The notes below the pieces were generated by a model, which worked only from the letters and a program-made list of their open reading frames with translations, was not told the DNA's origin and made no database searches. Of a stretch of DNA of 64,000 bases, positions 42,416 to 60,250 are shown one piece after another. The DNA is from the human T2T-CHM13v2.0 reference genome, Homo sapiens, in the NCBI RefSeq assembly GCF_009914755.1, contig NC_060939.1; one strand, written 5' to 3'. The first letter of the stretch is position 1, and each line of letters starts with the position of its first letter. The position numbers and the translations under genes are program-made.

Positions 42416-43454
42416 TCACGAGTTCAGGAGTTCGAGACCTGCCTGGCCAACATGGTGAAGCCCCGTCTCTACTAAAAATACAAAAAATTAGCTGGGCGTG
42501 GTCGTGGGCACCTGTAATCCTAGCTACTCGGGAGGCTGAGGCAGAAGAATTGCTTGAACCCGGAAGGTGGACATTGCAGTGGGCCGAGATCGTGGCACTC
42601 TGCACTCCAGCCTGAGCGACAAAGCGAGACCCAGTCTCAAACAAACAAACAAACAAACAAAAACCAAAAAAAACAAAAAACAATCAGTAACAAGATGACA
42701 ACTCAATTAAAAAAATAGGCAAAATATTTGAAAGACATTTTACAAAAGAAGATATATGGATAGTCAACAAGCACATGAAAAGATGCTTCATATCGTCAGT
42801 CATCAGGAAAATGCAAATGAAAGCTGTAATAAGATACCACTTAAAATCCAGCTGAATGACTACAATGAATAAGACAGATCATAAGGAGTGTTGGTGAGGA
42901 TGTGGACAAATTGGAACCCTCATACACTCTGGTGGAAATGTAAAATGGGAAATTCACCTTGGAAAGCAGTTGTGCAACACCTTGAAAAGTTACACCCAGA
43001 GTTACCATATGACAGTAATTCCACTCGTAGATATACACCCAAGAAAACTGAAAACACACGTTCATACAAAAACTTGTACCCATCTTCATAGCAGCATTAT
43101 TCATAATGCTAAATACTGTACTGTATTTACTGTAATACAATTACAATTAGTACAATTAAACACTATATTTAAATACTAGAAGAAATCCAAATGTCTGTTA
43201 ATTGGTACTGTTAAATAAAATGTGGATTATTACTTAGCAATAAAAAGGAATGAAGTAATGAGACATACTACAACATGGATGAACCTCAAAAACATTATGC
43301 TAAGTAAAAGAAACTAGATGCAAAGGATCGCATAATGTGTAATTCCACTTACATGCCCAGAAAAGGTAAATTTATAGACAGAAAGTTTTTTAGTGATTGG
43401 GGCTGGGGATAGGAAACCAGGACTTGCCTGCAAATGGGCACAAAGTATTTTTTT

Positions 43455-43616
43455 AGGATGATGAAAATTTTCTAAATTTTCTAGGATGATGAAAATTTTC
43501 TAAATTTTCTAGGATGATGAAAATTTTCTAAATTTTCTAGGATGATGAAAATTTTCTAAATTTTCTAGGATGATGAAAATTTTCTAAATTTTCTAGGATG
43601 ATGAAAATTTTCTAAA
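43455..43616. repeat. 28-bp minisatellite, 5.8 perfect copies
   Basis: Unit AGGATGATGAAAATTTTCTAAATTTTCT at 43455, 43483, 43511, 43539, 43567 and 43595 (partial). Confidence 0.97.
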
Positions 43617-44943
43617 ATTGGAATGTGGTGATGGTTGTGATTTTCTAAAACAATCATTGAGTTATATCCTTAAGACAAATGAACTTTATAATATATAAAT
43701 TATACTTCATTAAAGCTGTTAAAAATAGCTATGAAACCACAACGCAGTTTTATGTGTAATTCTGGTTTTTATACATATTATGACAAGACTTTTATAAAGA
43801 CGGGGCAACCATGACTCCCCAAGACAGTGTGGCAGCGGTCCCCAAAAATCTTAAAGAAGTAAACTCAATGCTTTCGAAGACTACAAAGAAGTGCATCAAA
43901 ATTTATATTATTCAACAATGATAAGGTAAATGTATTCGGGTAAGAAGCATGGTTACTAACCTGTGTGCCAGTATTTACACAGCATGGGGCCCCTTAGCTT
44001 CTGGTCTCTGCTCTGGTCTAGCCATCTTAAATTGCACTGTCAGTTTTATTGTCTTCAAATATTACTTTCATAAGGGGTGCCTCCTGTTCCAAACACAGGA
44101 CCCAAACCCCTGATTTTGGGAATTCCGGCTCTTTATATTTCTCATGCTGCTTTTTAAAATTTGTAACCAAAGTTTCCAAATGAACCTTCTGCCGCAGTCA
44201 GAACCAACTCTTCCTCAGGCTGCATGTATTTGCTAACAACTCACTCACTAGTAGGGATGCCACTTCCCTTATTTTTCTCTCTGAAATTCTGCCCATTGCT
44301 CAGGCCCAAATTGAGTCTTACCCATACTGTGAAGCCTTCTCTGAATAATTCATCTCACATTGAGCTGAGCTCCTGAAGCACCTGTGCTCTACAACAGTCA
44401 TCCGGGCATTAAGAACTGTTCAGAAGTTTTAGTTTAAATGTTCTGAGCCTCATTTGTCCCTGCTCTTGAGGGGCTGGATTTTATTACTTTATATTCCCCT
44501 ATATGGATTAACACAGGCAACTTAAGAAATAGTCATGTTCATCAACGTTTCCTTGATAAATTCTTTTGTATTTGTTTTAATTAAAAATGTCATTTTTGAA
44601 ATATGATTGCTGGATTTTTTTGAGAATTTACCCTTACATGCTGATTCTGCTTCAGGTATCTGTAGTATGTTTTGTTCAGCCATTAGCAGATCTGTCCCTG
44701 GAATCCCTAATCCACAAATATACACAAAATTTGGGTTCAAGCAACTCTATTTTCTCCTATATCTTTTAATAGATATATTATCTATTATGCCAGGTATGAC
44801 AATATATAAACAAAAATATCCATATAAAAATTACAATATTACTAAATGTCCTTCTAAATCCACACTTAAGCAACAATAACGAAGCACAGTTTCTTAAAGT
44901 AGAAAATGATCTATAGTTAATCTTATTATCTTGCCTCCTTTAC

Positions 44944-45390
44944 CTTTCAAAAATCCACTGATAATCTGGGCATGATGCTTTCAAACTTCACCCTAAAGAG
45001 AAAAATGCTCTCTGAACACTCTTCTTCCTGCTGTCTTTAAATTGTGCCTGTATTTTCTCTGCTTTTCCTTTGACACTCAATCACTCCTTTAAAACTTGTA
45101 AAAAACCGGAAAAGTTTCTGTAACTCTCCAATCTCCAACTATGTCGTAAAATCCCTTGCCAGTTTACCCAGTCTGCTGGAGAGGCTCACCGTTTCTTTTT
45201 CGAGCGAATTACACAGTTGTCTTGGCAGCGTGATTTGCCCTCTGGTTCCTGCTTTATCAGTTTGGTGATTCTTTGTACAGATTGATAACCATGAAAAAGT
45301 CTAAAGTAGGGCAGTTCCGGAGCAGCCTTTTCCCATAAAGCAAGCGGGTACCTCACAAAACTCCAGGCAAAAGAATGAATGATAGAGCAC
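44944..45390 (-). other. TTC23: TTC23 first exon from an internal promoter (5' boundary approximate)
   Basis: Donor AAG|GTAAAG at 44943, alternative donor ACG|GTGAGC at 45189. Unique, locally CpG-enriched sequence. Confidence 0.55.
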
Positions 45391-45460
45391 TCACCAATAG
45401 CGAGTGGAGAAGAGTATTTTGTCGAAGTTTGCAAACCAATCTTTGGGAGCCAGAGGTGGG
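45200..45460. promoter_or_regulatory. Candidate second TTC23 promoter
   Basis: X-box-like GTTGTCTTGGCAGC (45216-29), ETS-like TTCCGG (~45315), CCAAT boxes at 45394 and 45436. Confidence 0.45.
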
Positions 45461-46928
45461 AATTTTAAAATGAGGTCTTTTCCTTGGAATTTTCTTAAAG
45501 TAGTATCGTTGCCTGTTGATATTGAAGTTTGTCAAAGAACGTGAAATCACCAGCTTAGAGGATTTTTTTCCCCTTTAAGAGAGACAAAACGTGCGAATTG
45601 ATTCTCTACAAATTGTGAGAACTTCAAGAGTGGGGTCATAAAGTATTATCAAATATAATCACTTGGTAACTTTTGTGTCAATGTGGGGAGGAGGTGAAGG
45701 TTATTTTAACATGATTCATTTTTCATGATCAAATATCAGATATTAATCACTGAAAAACAGTATTCCCCATTAAAAAAAAGAAATGAAAACTAAGAGGCTA
45801 ACATTGTTTTCAAAAAACTGTTCTACTGTTAATCTTTTTTCTTTTTTGGGGGGTGTAACTCTTCATATATTAGCAGCAAGTCTTATTATTTGGGCTGACC
45901 ATTAAACACCGTATCTTTGTTTTTACACAAAATGTGGATTTCCTCATTTTAAGACCAGCAAAAAATTTCTGAGTGCCACGAATTCTTAGGTATTCCGAAA
46001 CTATCTTAGAAATACATGACATATACCAACCATGCTGTATACCTGAATAGCTCTTGAAGACCAGATTTAATAGATAACTGATAATTTTTATTATAACTCA
46101 TACCTTGTTTTAAAACCAATGTTTTTTATTTAATATAACTCTGCTTTCTAGGTTATTCGTCTCTATGAATAATTAAGTCAGCAACTGTAAAAACTACTTC
46201 ATTATAAAGTTAAAGTTCCTTGACAAGGAGCCTCGCAAACTCATAGACAGGCTTTCCACAGAACAAAAAATATCAGCGGTTGTAGTAGAGGATTATACTT
46301 TAAAATCTTCATTTCAGAAGGAAATTTGTCATATTAATGAGACACTTTAAAAAGTGTCTTTTAAAAATGTTTCCGAACTATGCTTCCAAGTATTTTTAAC
46401 AGCATAAAGCCCTCTTTCATGCTATTTCGCTGACATAATAATTTTCGTCTTGAAGAAATACATATTGACGGCCTACTCAGTCAGGCTAGGAAGTGTCATT
46501 GTATTTAACTCTCTAAATTGTTCCTGACCTTTTTAGCAATCTTTACTCAAAATAAACCTTGGGTGTTTGAAGGGCAGAGACTAGGTTACGTCCTCCTCAT
46601 CTTTGTTATCTACCAGTTCGTAGTGACCCCTTAAATCCGGTGCTTAGACTCACTACTTGCTAAATAACGTTGGCTTCGTTACATAAACCCACTGGCCTGT
46701 TTTTCAACGGTCAGACTGGCGCTGTTAGTCCCTGTGTCATGGGATTGCTGTCAAGGGTTCAACGAGATAATCTATAAACAGCTCTTAGAACGAACGCTCA
46801 ACGTGGGATCATTGTTGTAATCCCTCAACGTGTGCTACTGAATGAGAAGCCGAGTGACTGAATGAATGTATGAATGAAGGAACAGGTCAGTAACTGGCGG
46901 TTCCCGAAGTTGGAGCCGACTAAATTAC

Positions 46929-47000
46929 CCCTTCAAGACGCTAAGCAAAAGCCACTCCGTCGACATCAAACCCCACGCCGGAGCCGGAAGCAAGAGTAGA
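46929..47000 (-). other. TTC23: Candidate upstream alternative first exon of TTC23 at the CpG island (5' end approximate)
   Basis: Donor GGG|GTAATT at 46928, at the island edge facing away from LRRC28. Confidence 0.4.
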
Positions 47001-47254
47001 GCCGCGGGCGGGGCCAGCATAGAGGAAGTAGCGCTCTCGGCCAATACACAGATCGCTTGGCAAACGAGCATTTTCCCGCGCCTATCGTGAAAGCGCGAGA
47101 ACACAGGGGATTATCGCGAGGTTCCGTGCTCCTCTCCCGCTCCCTCTTCCCCAGCTCCCTCTGGCGCAGGTTCCGCTCCACCCCCGGAGCCCCGCCCCCG
47201 ACGCCCGGCGCTCCGCCCCGCCCTCGCCTGGCTCCCTGCCCCGCCCCGCCCGCC

Positions 47255-47315
47255 GTCCCCCGCTTGGCTTCCAGCGCCGCTTGCGCTCCGGAGCGCTGGC
47301 TCTGCTGGCGCTGAG
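47255..47315 (+). other. LRRC28: LRRC28 non-coding exon 1 (start approximate)
   Basis: Near-consensus donor GAG|GTGAGT at 47316, downstream of GC boxes. Confidence 0.75.
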
Positions 47316-48536
47316 GTGAGTAGAGCTGTCCGCCTCGTCGGGTGATTCAAGTGGCGAGGCTCTCTGACCCGGCCCCCCGGCGGGGACGCCCCAGACGTGG
47401 TCCTGCCAAAGCGTCCGGGTCGCGGCGAGTGGGACAGCGGAGCCGTCCGGGCCTCGGGTGGCCACAGCTGCCGGGTCCTCCTCCCACTCTGCGGCCCGCG
47501 GCCCCTGGGACCCGAGAACCCTGATACCGGGTCCGTGAAATCCCTGCTGCTGGGCTCGCTGCTTCCCAACTGTAACGATCTCAGTGGCTGGCTAACTCGG
47601 GCGAAACGGCGTGTGTTTTGCCTAAGACTCTGCCAGTGTTTGTTACCACAGCTGAGAAAATAGCCTTTTACAAATGCTTTTAATATGTAGCTTATAGTTC
47701 TCTAATCTCCAGCGTTAGGAAATTGGAATGCGTATTCTACTAAATTGAGTACGGGGAGGTCAGTATAAGGGACTCCTTCCTTTCAAAATACTCCTTAATA
47801 TGTGTGGAATTTTGTTGAGAGGTTTTTGATTTTTTTGTTTTGTTTTTAATAATAAGATAGATTGGTGTTCACCTGTCAGAAAGCTCGTGTGTAAGTGCAG
47901 CTGTATACAGCTGATATTAAGTAATACTATTTGCCTTAACTACATAAGAGGTAGTATAACTATACAAGAGGTAGTTTGCTTAACTAGGTAAGATGTAGTC
48001 AAGTGAAATGGGGTAAGAAAATTACCTTGTTAAAGGCTGTGTATGGCCCGTGAATGCATACTGCAAAACTGTGAGCATTGTTGATGCTTTATTGCTATTA
48101 TTGGCAGTTTTAGGATTTCATTTGTTTAGATTTTATCTCCCAAACAGCCTTTGTAGCAATTTTAACAGAGTGTAATGGTGTTTTTGAGGCAGCCAATCCC
48201 AGCCAGAACATTCAGAAGGAAAGCCGTCAGGTTACAGGGACTGTCTTATTGAATCTTCCTTCAGTGAGTGTGGTTTTGCATTATAGGGCGGCGGTGCACA
48301 CGCTTTGTAGTCAGTCCACCTGCGATGGAACTATGGCATGTTACCCTCTGAGAAACTCAGTTTCCTCCTCTACAAAACGGGCTACATAATGTCTATTGCA
48401 GTGCATGGTTGTAAAGATTAGACATCCTTGTGGCATGTAGCAAGCTTATAGGCTCTATCCGTGGTCTTGACATAGTTGGATGAAAAATCAACCTTGCAAT
48501 GTTCTTCCACATGTCATCAGATATTAGAAGGCCTAC

Positions 48537-48645
48537 TTTAAAATTTTAAGTCCCTGGATACATGTGCAGAATATGCCGGTTTGTTACATAGGTAAACGTG
48601 TGCCATGGTGATTTGCTGCACCTGTCAACCCATCACCTAGGTTTT
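48537..48645 (-). mobile_element. Short L1PA 3' end fragment
   Basis: gatacatgtgcagaa...gtttgttacataggtaaacgtgtgccatggtg is the L1PA 3' UTR terminus. Confidence 0.8.
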
Positions 48646-48659
48646 AGGAAGGGTTACTT

Positions 48660-49845
<1,186 letters not shown>

Positions 49846-50850
49846 GCTAACAGTTTCCTAGTTCAGTGAATAATTACCTATGAAGTTTCACTTTCTACAC
49901 AGAATCATTGATGTTATTTGTAGTCTACTTCCCTTTGCTTTACAGGTAGGATAATTAAGATGTGGAAAAATTATCTTGCACAAAGTCACATTAATATATC
50001 TCATAAAATAGGTGAGTAGGTGGAATAAATGTGGGAAAGTATTGGATCCTTACGTTGCTTTGGAAATAGTATTTCATACTTTGCCTTTTTATATAAAATG
50101 GCAAGTGCTAGCTCATTAGCCAGGAATTAGAATTTGAAAATAATAAAATATAGCCAGAAAATTACAAAACTCATGTTTATTGAAAGCTTATGTTGCTGCC
50201 TTTTGTACTAATTTGGTATTAATTCCCAGTGAAAATCACTTTCCTTAAGAAAAAAAATTATTGAAAGGTACTTTCCAATAGAGAGTTGGGAAAAAGGGCT
50301 GAGGAAAACAGTCAAATCTTTAAGCAGAGCTCAACTTCTTTGTAGTTGTTTCAGCATTTCCTTAGTATCCTGTGGAATCTTGTGAGTCAGTGTCTGTGAA
50401 GAACCCAAGCTTTGAAATCCACTGGACCTGGTATCAAACCCTTGCTTTTATCCCTTGTGAACGGTCTAACCTTGGACAAATTACTGAAGCCTTGAGTTTG
50501 TTTCTTTTTGTGTTAACTGATGGTGAAGTTTGTTTTAGCTCTGTGCCTAGTGGATAAAACGGCAAATGTTACTTGTCTTCTTGCCCTTGTCAATTTTGGA
50601 GCTAGAAGAGAATTTATAATAATCTGCCCTGGACTCAGGCCTTTAAACCAGTACATTAATTGCTATCTCCATTCTGCATATTAGGCAACTGGAGACCCAG
50701 AGACATTGTAATATTATAGAATAATACAGGATTCTTGTTTCTGAGTGCAGTGTTTCTTCTTTCATTGAAATAATTTAAACTAATGAGACTGTGTGGCCCT
50801 GGATCTATTTCTTTGATGCCTCTGATAATCCATAAAGCTAAAAACAAAGA

Positions 50851-51180
50851 GGCGAGGCATCGTGGCTCATGACTGTAATCCCAGCACTTGGGGAGGCTGA
50901 GGTGGGAGGATTGCTTGAGCTCAGGAATTTGAGACTAGCCTGGGCAACACAGTGAGACCCCCATCTCTACGAACAAGTAAAACAATTAGCTGAGTGTGGT
51001 GGTGCTCTCTATAGTACCAGCTACTTGGGAGGCTGAGGTGGGAGGATCACTTGAGCCCAGGAGTTGAGGCTACAGTGAGCTATGATTGAGTCACTGCGCC
51101 CCAGCCTGGGCAACAGAGTGAGACCCTGTCTCTAAAAAAAAATAAGAAGAAAGAAAAGAATAAAGAGATAAAGAAAAAAA
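50851..51180 (+). mobile_element. Alu (J-like)
   Basis: Alu consensus. Confidence 0.88.
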
Positions 51181-51700
51181 TCAGAATATAGGACAATATT
51201 TATATATTAGGAAGTGAAGAAAATGAAGCTATTAGTGCTCTAGATATAAATAATATATATTTTAATATTTTTGAAGTACCTTAAGCTAAATACAAAATGA
51301 GGTAGTTCATAAAAGAAATGGGGTTTGCTGCATTTGATTTTTAAGCTTCTCCTTTGGTTGTATGTTATGAAACTGGTCACTGTTTTTCTTACACAAGGTT
51401 TCCTATCTCAAGTGCAAAAACTATTTTTTTCCATTAGGACTATTTCTAATAAGTAATAAATATTGCTTAATCAGAGTATTTTTATTAAATTGTTATTCAT
51501 TTTAATCTCCTCCTAAATATGTGTGACAGTTTTAGTTTTGAAAGTAAAATGTAGGATTGAATGTATTAATTATTTTTTTCAGTGTCTTCAAGTGGCTCTG
51601 TGTGCTAACTGGTTTATATGGCAATTCTTGTAAAAAATCTTACAATGAATAAATTTTCTCGTTCTCTTTATAGAAATGGACCAATTTTGACAAGATATAG

Positions 51701-51949
<249 letters not shown>

Positions 51950-53300
51950 TGATCAAGATACATTTACATACCCTAAGGTATTCAGACCAAGACTTATATC
52001 CCCTGTTGTTATATATACAGTTAATATAAATACACACACAGGGGTTTCTCATTGGCTATGAATTTGTTATCCAAGTTCGTGCAGTTATGAGGTTGCCGGA
52101 GAAGTTGTGTAGGAAAGCAAAATACTCACTGATGTATGACTTATAAAGTTAGTACCCATTCAGAAACCCATCTTCGTTTAGCATGTGCTTCTGTCCTGAC
52201 TTGTAATTTGTTTGTGTGTTAAGCTTCTCAGGTGATTCTTGAATATTACAGCATTCACCAGACCAGTTAAAAAGTAAACGAGAAAGACCAAAAATGCTTT
52301 TGAGGTACAGGCATTAAAGGGAGAATGATTTGAAAATTAAAGCATTAAGAGATGCACTTGGGAAGCTTAATGTAACTTTTCAGTGTTTTGAAAGCAAAAC
52401 CTTTATGATTGCCCTGTGAAACTCAAATGATTTTGAATTGGGCTAGCATACAATTTTTTGGAAAAAATTTTGCCACAAAGGCAACATTTAATTTGCTCTT
52501 TTTATGTTCTAAGAATAAGCACGTAGTTTTCATTATAATCTGAATTGTATTACATATAAGATAAACTAAAAGTTTTTCAAGAGAATGTCCAAATCAAGCT
52601 TTTTATTCCTATTATTTATTGTAAAATTTGGTCTCTGTATTAAATGGATTTACTTTGTATGGCCTTTTCTGGTTATCACTTAACCTTATTTGAATCTTGT
52701 ACTTGAATTCTAGTGCTTACTCATTTTAGATGATTTATGAAATCTTACTACTTTGTGAATTTACCCATTCTTCATTCCCTTCCCTATACTGGACTTTGCT
52801 AAATATCTGGAAATTGTATCTTATTGGCTTCAAGTATATGGCATGTTTTCCTGGAAAAGTTTTATTTAATCTATGTACAATGCCTATAGTGGGTAGAAAG
52901 CATTATAAAATTAGTTTATCTTTGCTCTGTCTGGAAGTAAATAGATACGTATGTCTTGTTCTTTTGTGATTGGCATATTGGCATATATGTTGAATGCCTA
53001 CTTATATTTCTGAAATTAGATTTTTCAGTTTTCCAACTTGGAAAATCTATTTGCAGTTATAGGAATCCTTTTTTGCAAAGTCATCATCCCGTGCTATGAA
53101 ACCATATTAGTACTTTGTAACCCTTTAACGAGAAGTGGTATAAGAAATATTTTGACAAGGATTATAGCCTAGATTTTCCCATGTTTGTTCTTTATGTATA
53201 AAGAAAAATTTGTGATTGGATTACTTATTAACTATCTGCCATAGCCCAATGGGGTAGACTTTGTTCAGAGAATTGACCTTTGCTTATAAAAGTTAAATTT

Positions 53301-56064
<2,764 letters not shown>

Positions 56065-57114
56065 AAAAGTTAAACTTCTGGTCTTGTGGTAGTTTCTCAG
56101 CTTCAGTTTTTTATTTATGAAAATAAGAATCTACTGTCCAGTAAATTGTTCTTTATAATAGCTTATGGTAATACATTTTATTTCCCTGCAACCTTTTTAA
56201 TCATCAAAGATTAAATTGTTGTATGTGTTTATAATGATGTATGTATTTTACTTTGTTTTCTCTTAGCTGCGATATTTGATTTACGTATATCAAAGAACTT
56301 TGTAAACTATAAAGGCTGTACAGATATGAGGGGATGGTGGGAATAGTAGCTGTCATCCAAAGCCCACCCATTGCCTGATTATATCAGATATATGACAGCT
56401 TACAGCACAGTTTTTGACAACAGGTAAAACATTACTTTTCCTAGAGTGCTGAAAACTAGTAGTGATTCTTAGGGCTTTTGGAATGTTTGCTGATGTTAAA
56501 ATATAGTTCCTAAAGGAGAGTAGTATGTGGAATTTTATTTACAACTGCAATACTGCCCAAAACTGGGGAAAACGTTGAAAATATAGAGTATCTCGAATAT
56601 GTTATTGCTTAATTGGCCTTTTACTTATGGATTTTAAACAAGCTTGGGAATCTGTCAGTCACTTCCATTTTCATGTTGTTTTTGTGTTTCTTAACATTTT
56701 TTGTTTGTTTGTTTCCTGTTAACATTTTTGCGTGTGTGTTAAATGCCTTCTCTCAGCATTTTCCTCCTTTCCTCTCCTACCCCTCAGCATGTTAGGCCTG
56801 TTGCTGAGAAGAGAAGTTGTCGCTAATACTCAACCTCTACTCTTCTCCCTTTTGCCCCTCAGTCGCTCAAAGCCGTGTAGTGGCTTGTATTTGTAGGACG
56901 ATTGCATGACAAAAGTCCAGAACTTGGTGAATGCTCATGTTTAGAACTAAAGCACAAGAAAAAGCCTTTTAGCACATTTAAAAGAATAAACTTTTCAATT
57001 ACAAAACCGGTATATGCCCTTATGTCAAACAACATAGAGGCGTATCTGGAAAGCAATCCTCTCTTTGTCCAGTTTGTGAAGCAACCAACATTAATAGTTG
57101 GATTGTATCCTTCT

Positions 57115-57815
<701 letters not shown>

Positions 57816-58008
57816 CCACCTTCCACCTCCTTGCTTGTGTTTATATAATTACATATATTTTTTATTTATATTTTTCCTTTTTAATAACAAAAAATCATAC
57901 ATATTTCTCTGGAAGTCTCTTTTTTCACTTCATGATATTCTCATTCCACTAACCTCTAGGCCAATAGATATATGTACATTCTTGTATGTATGTGTATGTT
58001 TATATTTA

Positions 58009-59115
<1,107 letters not shown>

Positions 59116-59775
59116 AAGTAGTTAAGAAACATGATTTTGCTTCCTATCATTTACCTTAGAAAATGTTTTAAATACTTTTTCCATAATTATTTTAAATGCA
59201 ATTTAGGAATTAAGTCTGATCTTTGTGATCGTTTTAAGATAAATAGATATTAGAAGTAATATAGGGTCTGGGTTTGTCACATGATAGGTATTCATGCAGT
59301 GGTAGAATTAAATAAATGAATATAAAGTAGAATTGCATAAGGACCATATTATAAGAGTTCCAGACTGAGAGCTTTCAAGAGCAGGAACTGTGTCTTGCGT
59401 TCTGTACCTTCACTGCCTGGCTTACTGCTTAACATGTGTAGTACACGTAATTTCATTCTATGTAGCAGCATTGTAGAATGTTTTAAAAATAAGATCCTAT
59501 TTGTATGACACCGAAGACTGACTTTGACAGGCACTTAGGAGGAAGAGCATCATTCAATCAGTGTGTATTTGTTGAGTACTTAACTGTGTACCCATCACTC
59601 TTCAAGACACTGACAATAGATACATCATGGAACAGCTGCTTCTTCTTATGGAATTTTCATTTGTTGGAATTTCAAGTTTAAGGAAAAAAAATGAACTAAG
59701 ACTCAATGGCATAACGTTCGAGGGACAAGTCTACAAAGCTGTTCTGCTTGCCTTGAGCAGTGGTTTTATAGGTTC

Positions 59776-60250
59776 TGTTGGAAGTAAGAGCTCAGGGCCA
59801 CAAAGAAAATGAACACTCAAAAAGTTTCTCAGCAAGGCCAGTTTTCTTCTGCAGAAGGGTGCTGCTCATAGGCCTAGCCACCATGAGAACACACAGAACA
59901 AAGGAGAACAACACAGATTCTGTGTCTGTGTCTTTCCCCCATTAGCTGGGGTTGGACCACACAATCTAAACTAGTCCTGATTGGCTAAACATTTAAACTT
60001 TCTTAGACAAGGTAGGCGCATGATAGAGGAGAGAGGGAGAGGAGGAAGTGGTCACCTGCAGGCGACTAGAAAGCTAACCTATTTCTACATAAGGAAAGGA
60101 ATGTGGAACAGGGCTGTGGCATGTCTAGGCATATTTAGACACGTTAAGGCTCAGCAAAAGCGGGGAGTGGGGGGTGGAACTTGGAACTAGAGAATAAAGA
60201 AGAGGGGAACTGGACAAGCTGTTTGAAGAGGAACCTAGCTGTATCTAACA
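59776..60250 (-). mobile_element. Solo ERV1-class LTR (475 bp; orientation tentative)
   Basis: TG...CA termini (TGTTGG / CTAACA) with exact 4-bp TSD GTTC at 59772-75 and 60251-54. MER4-group-like sequence. Confidence 0.75.

Larger units (their letters stand above)
46890..47620. promoter_or_regulatory. CpG island, bidirectional promoter of TTC23 and LRRC28
   Basis: Very high GC and CpG. ETS CCGGAAG (46984) and AGGAAGT (~47023), CCAAT (47041), E2F TTTCCCGC (47072), CGCG elements (47091-47121), multiple GC boxes (47190-47255). No TATA. Confidence 0.92.

Noticed and set aside
43455-43616. 28-bp repeats as a CRISPR-like array
   Set aside because: Head-to-tail copies with no spacers, no cas genes, human intron context.
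46966-47663. Several 60-152 aa ORFs in the CpG island
   Set aside because: Expected from stop-codon scarcity in GC-rich DNA. Low-complexity Gly/Arg/Pro/Ala composition, mostly non-ATG starts.
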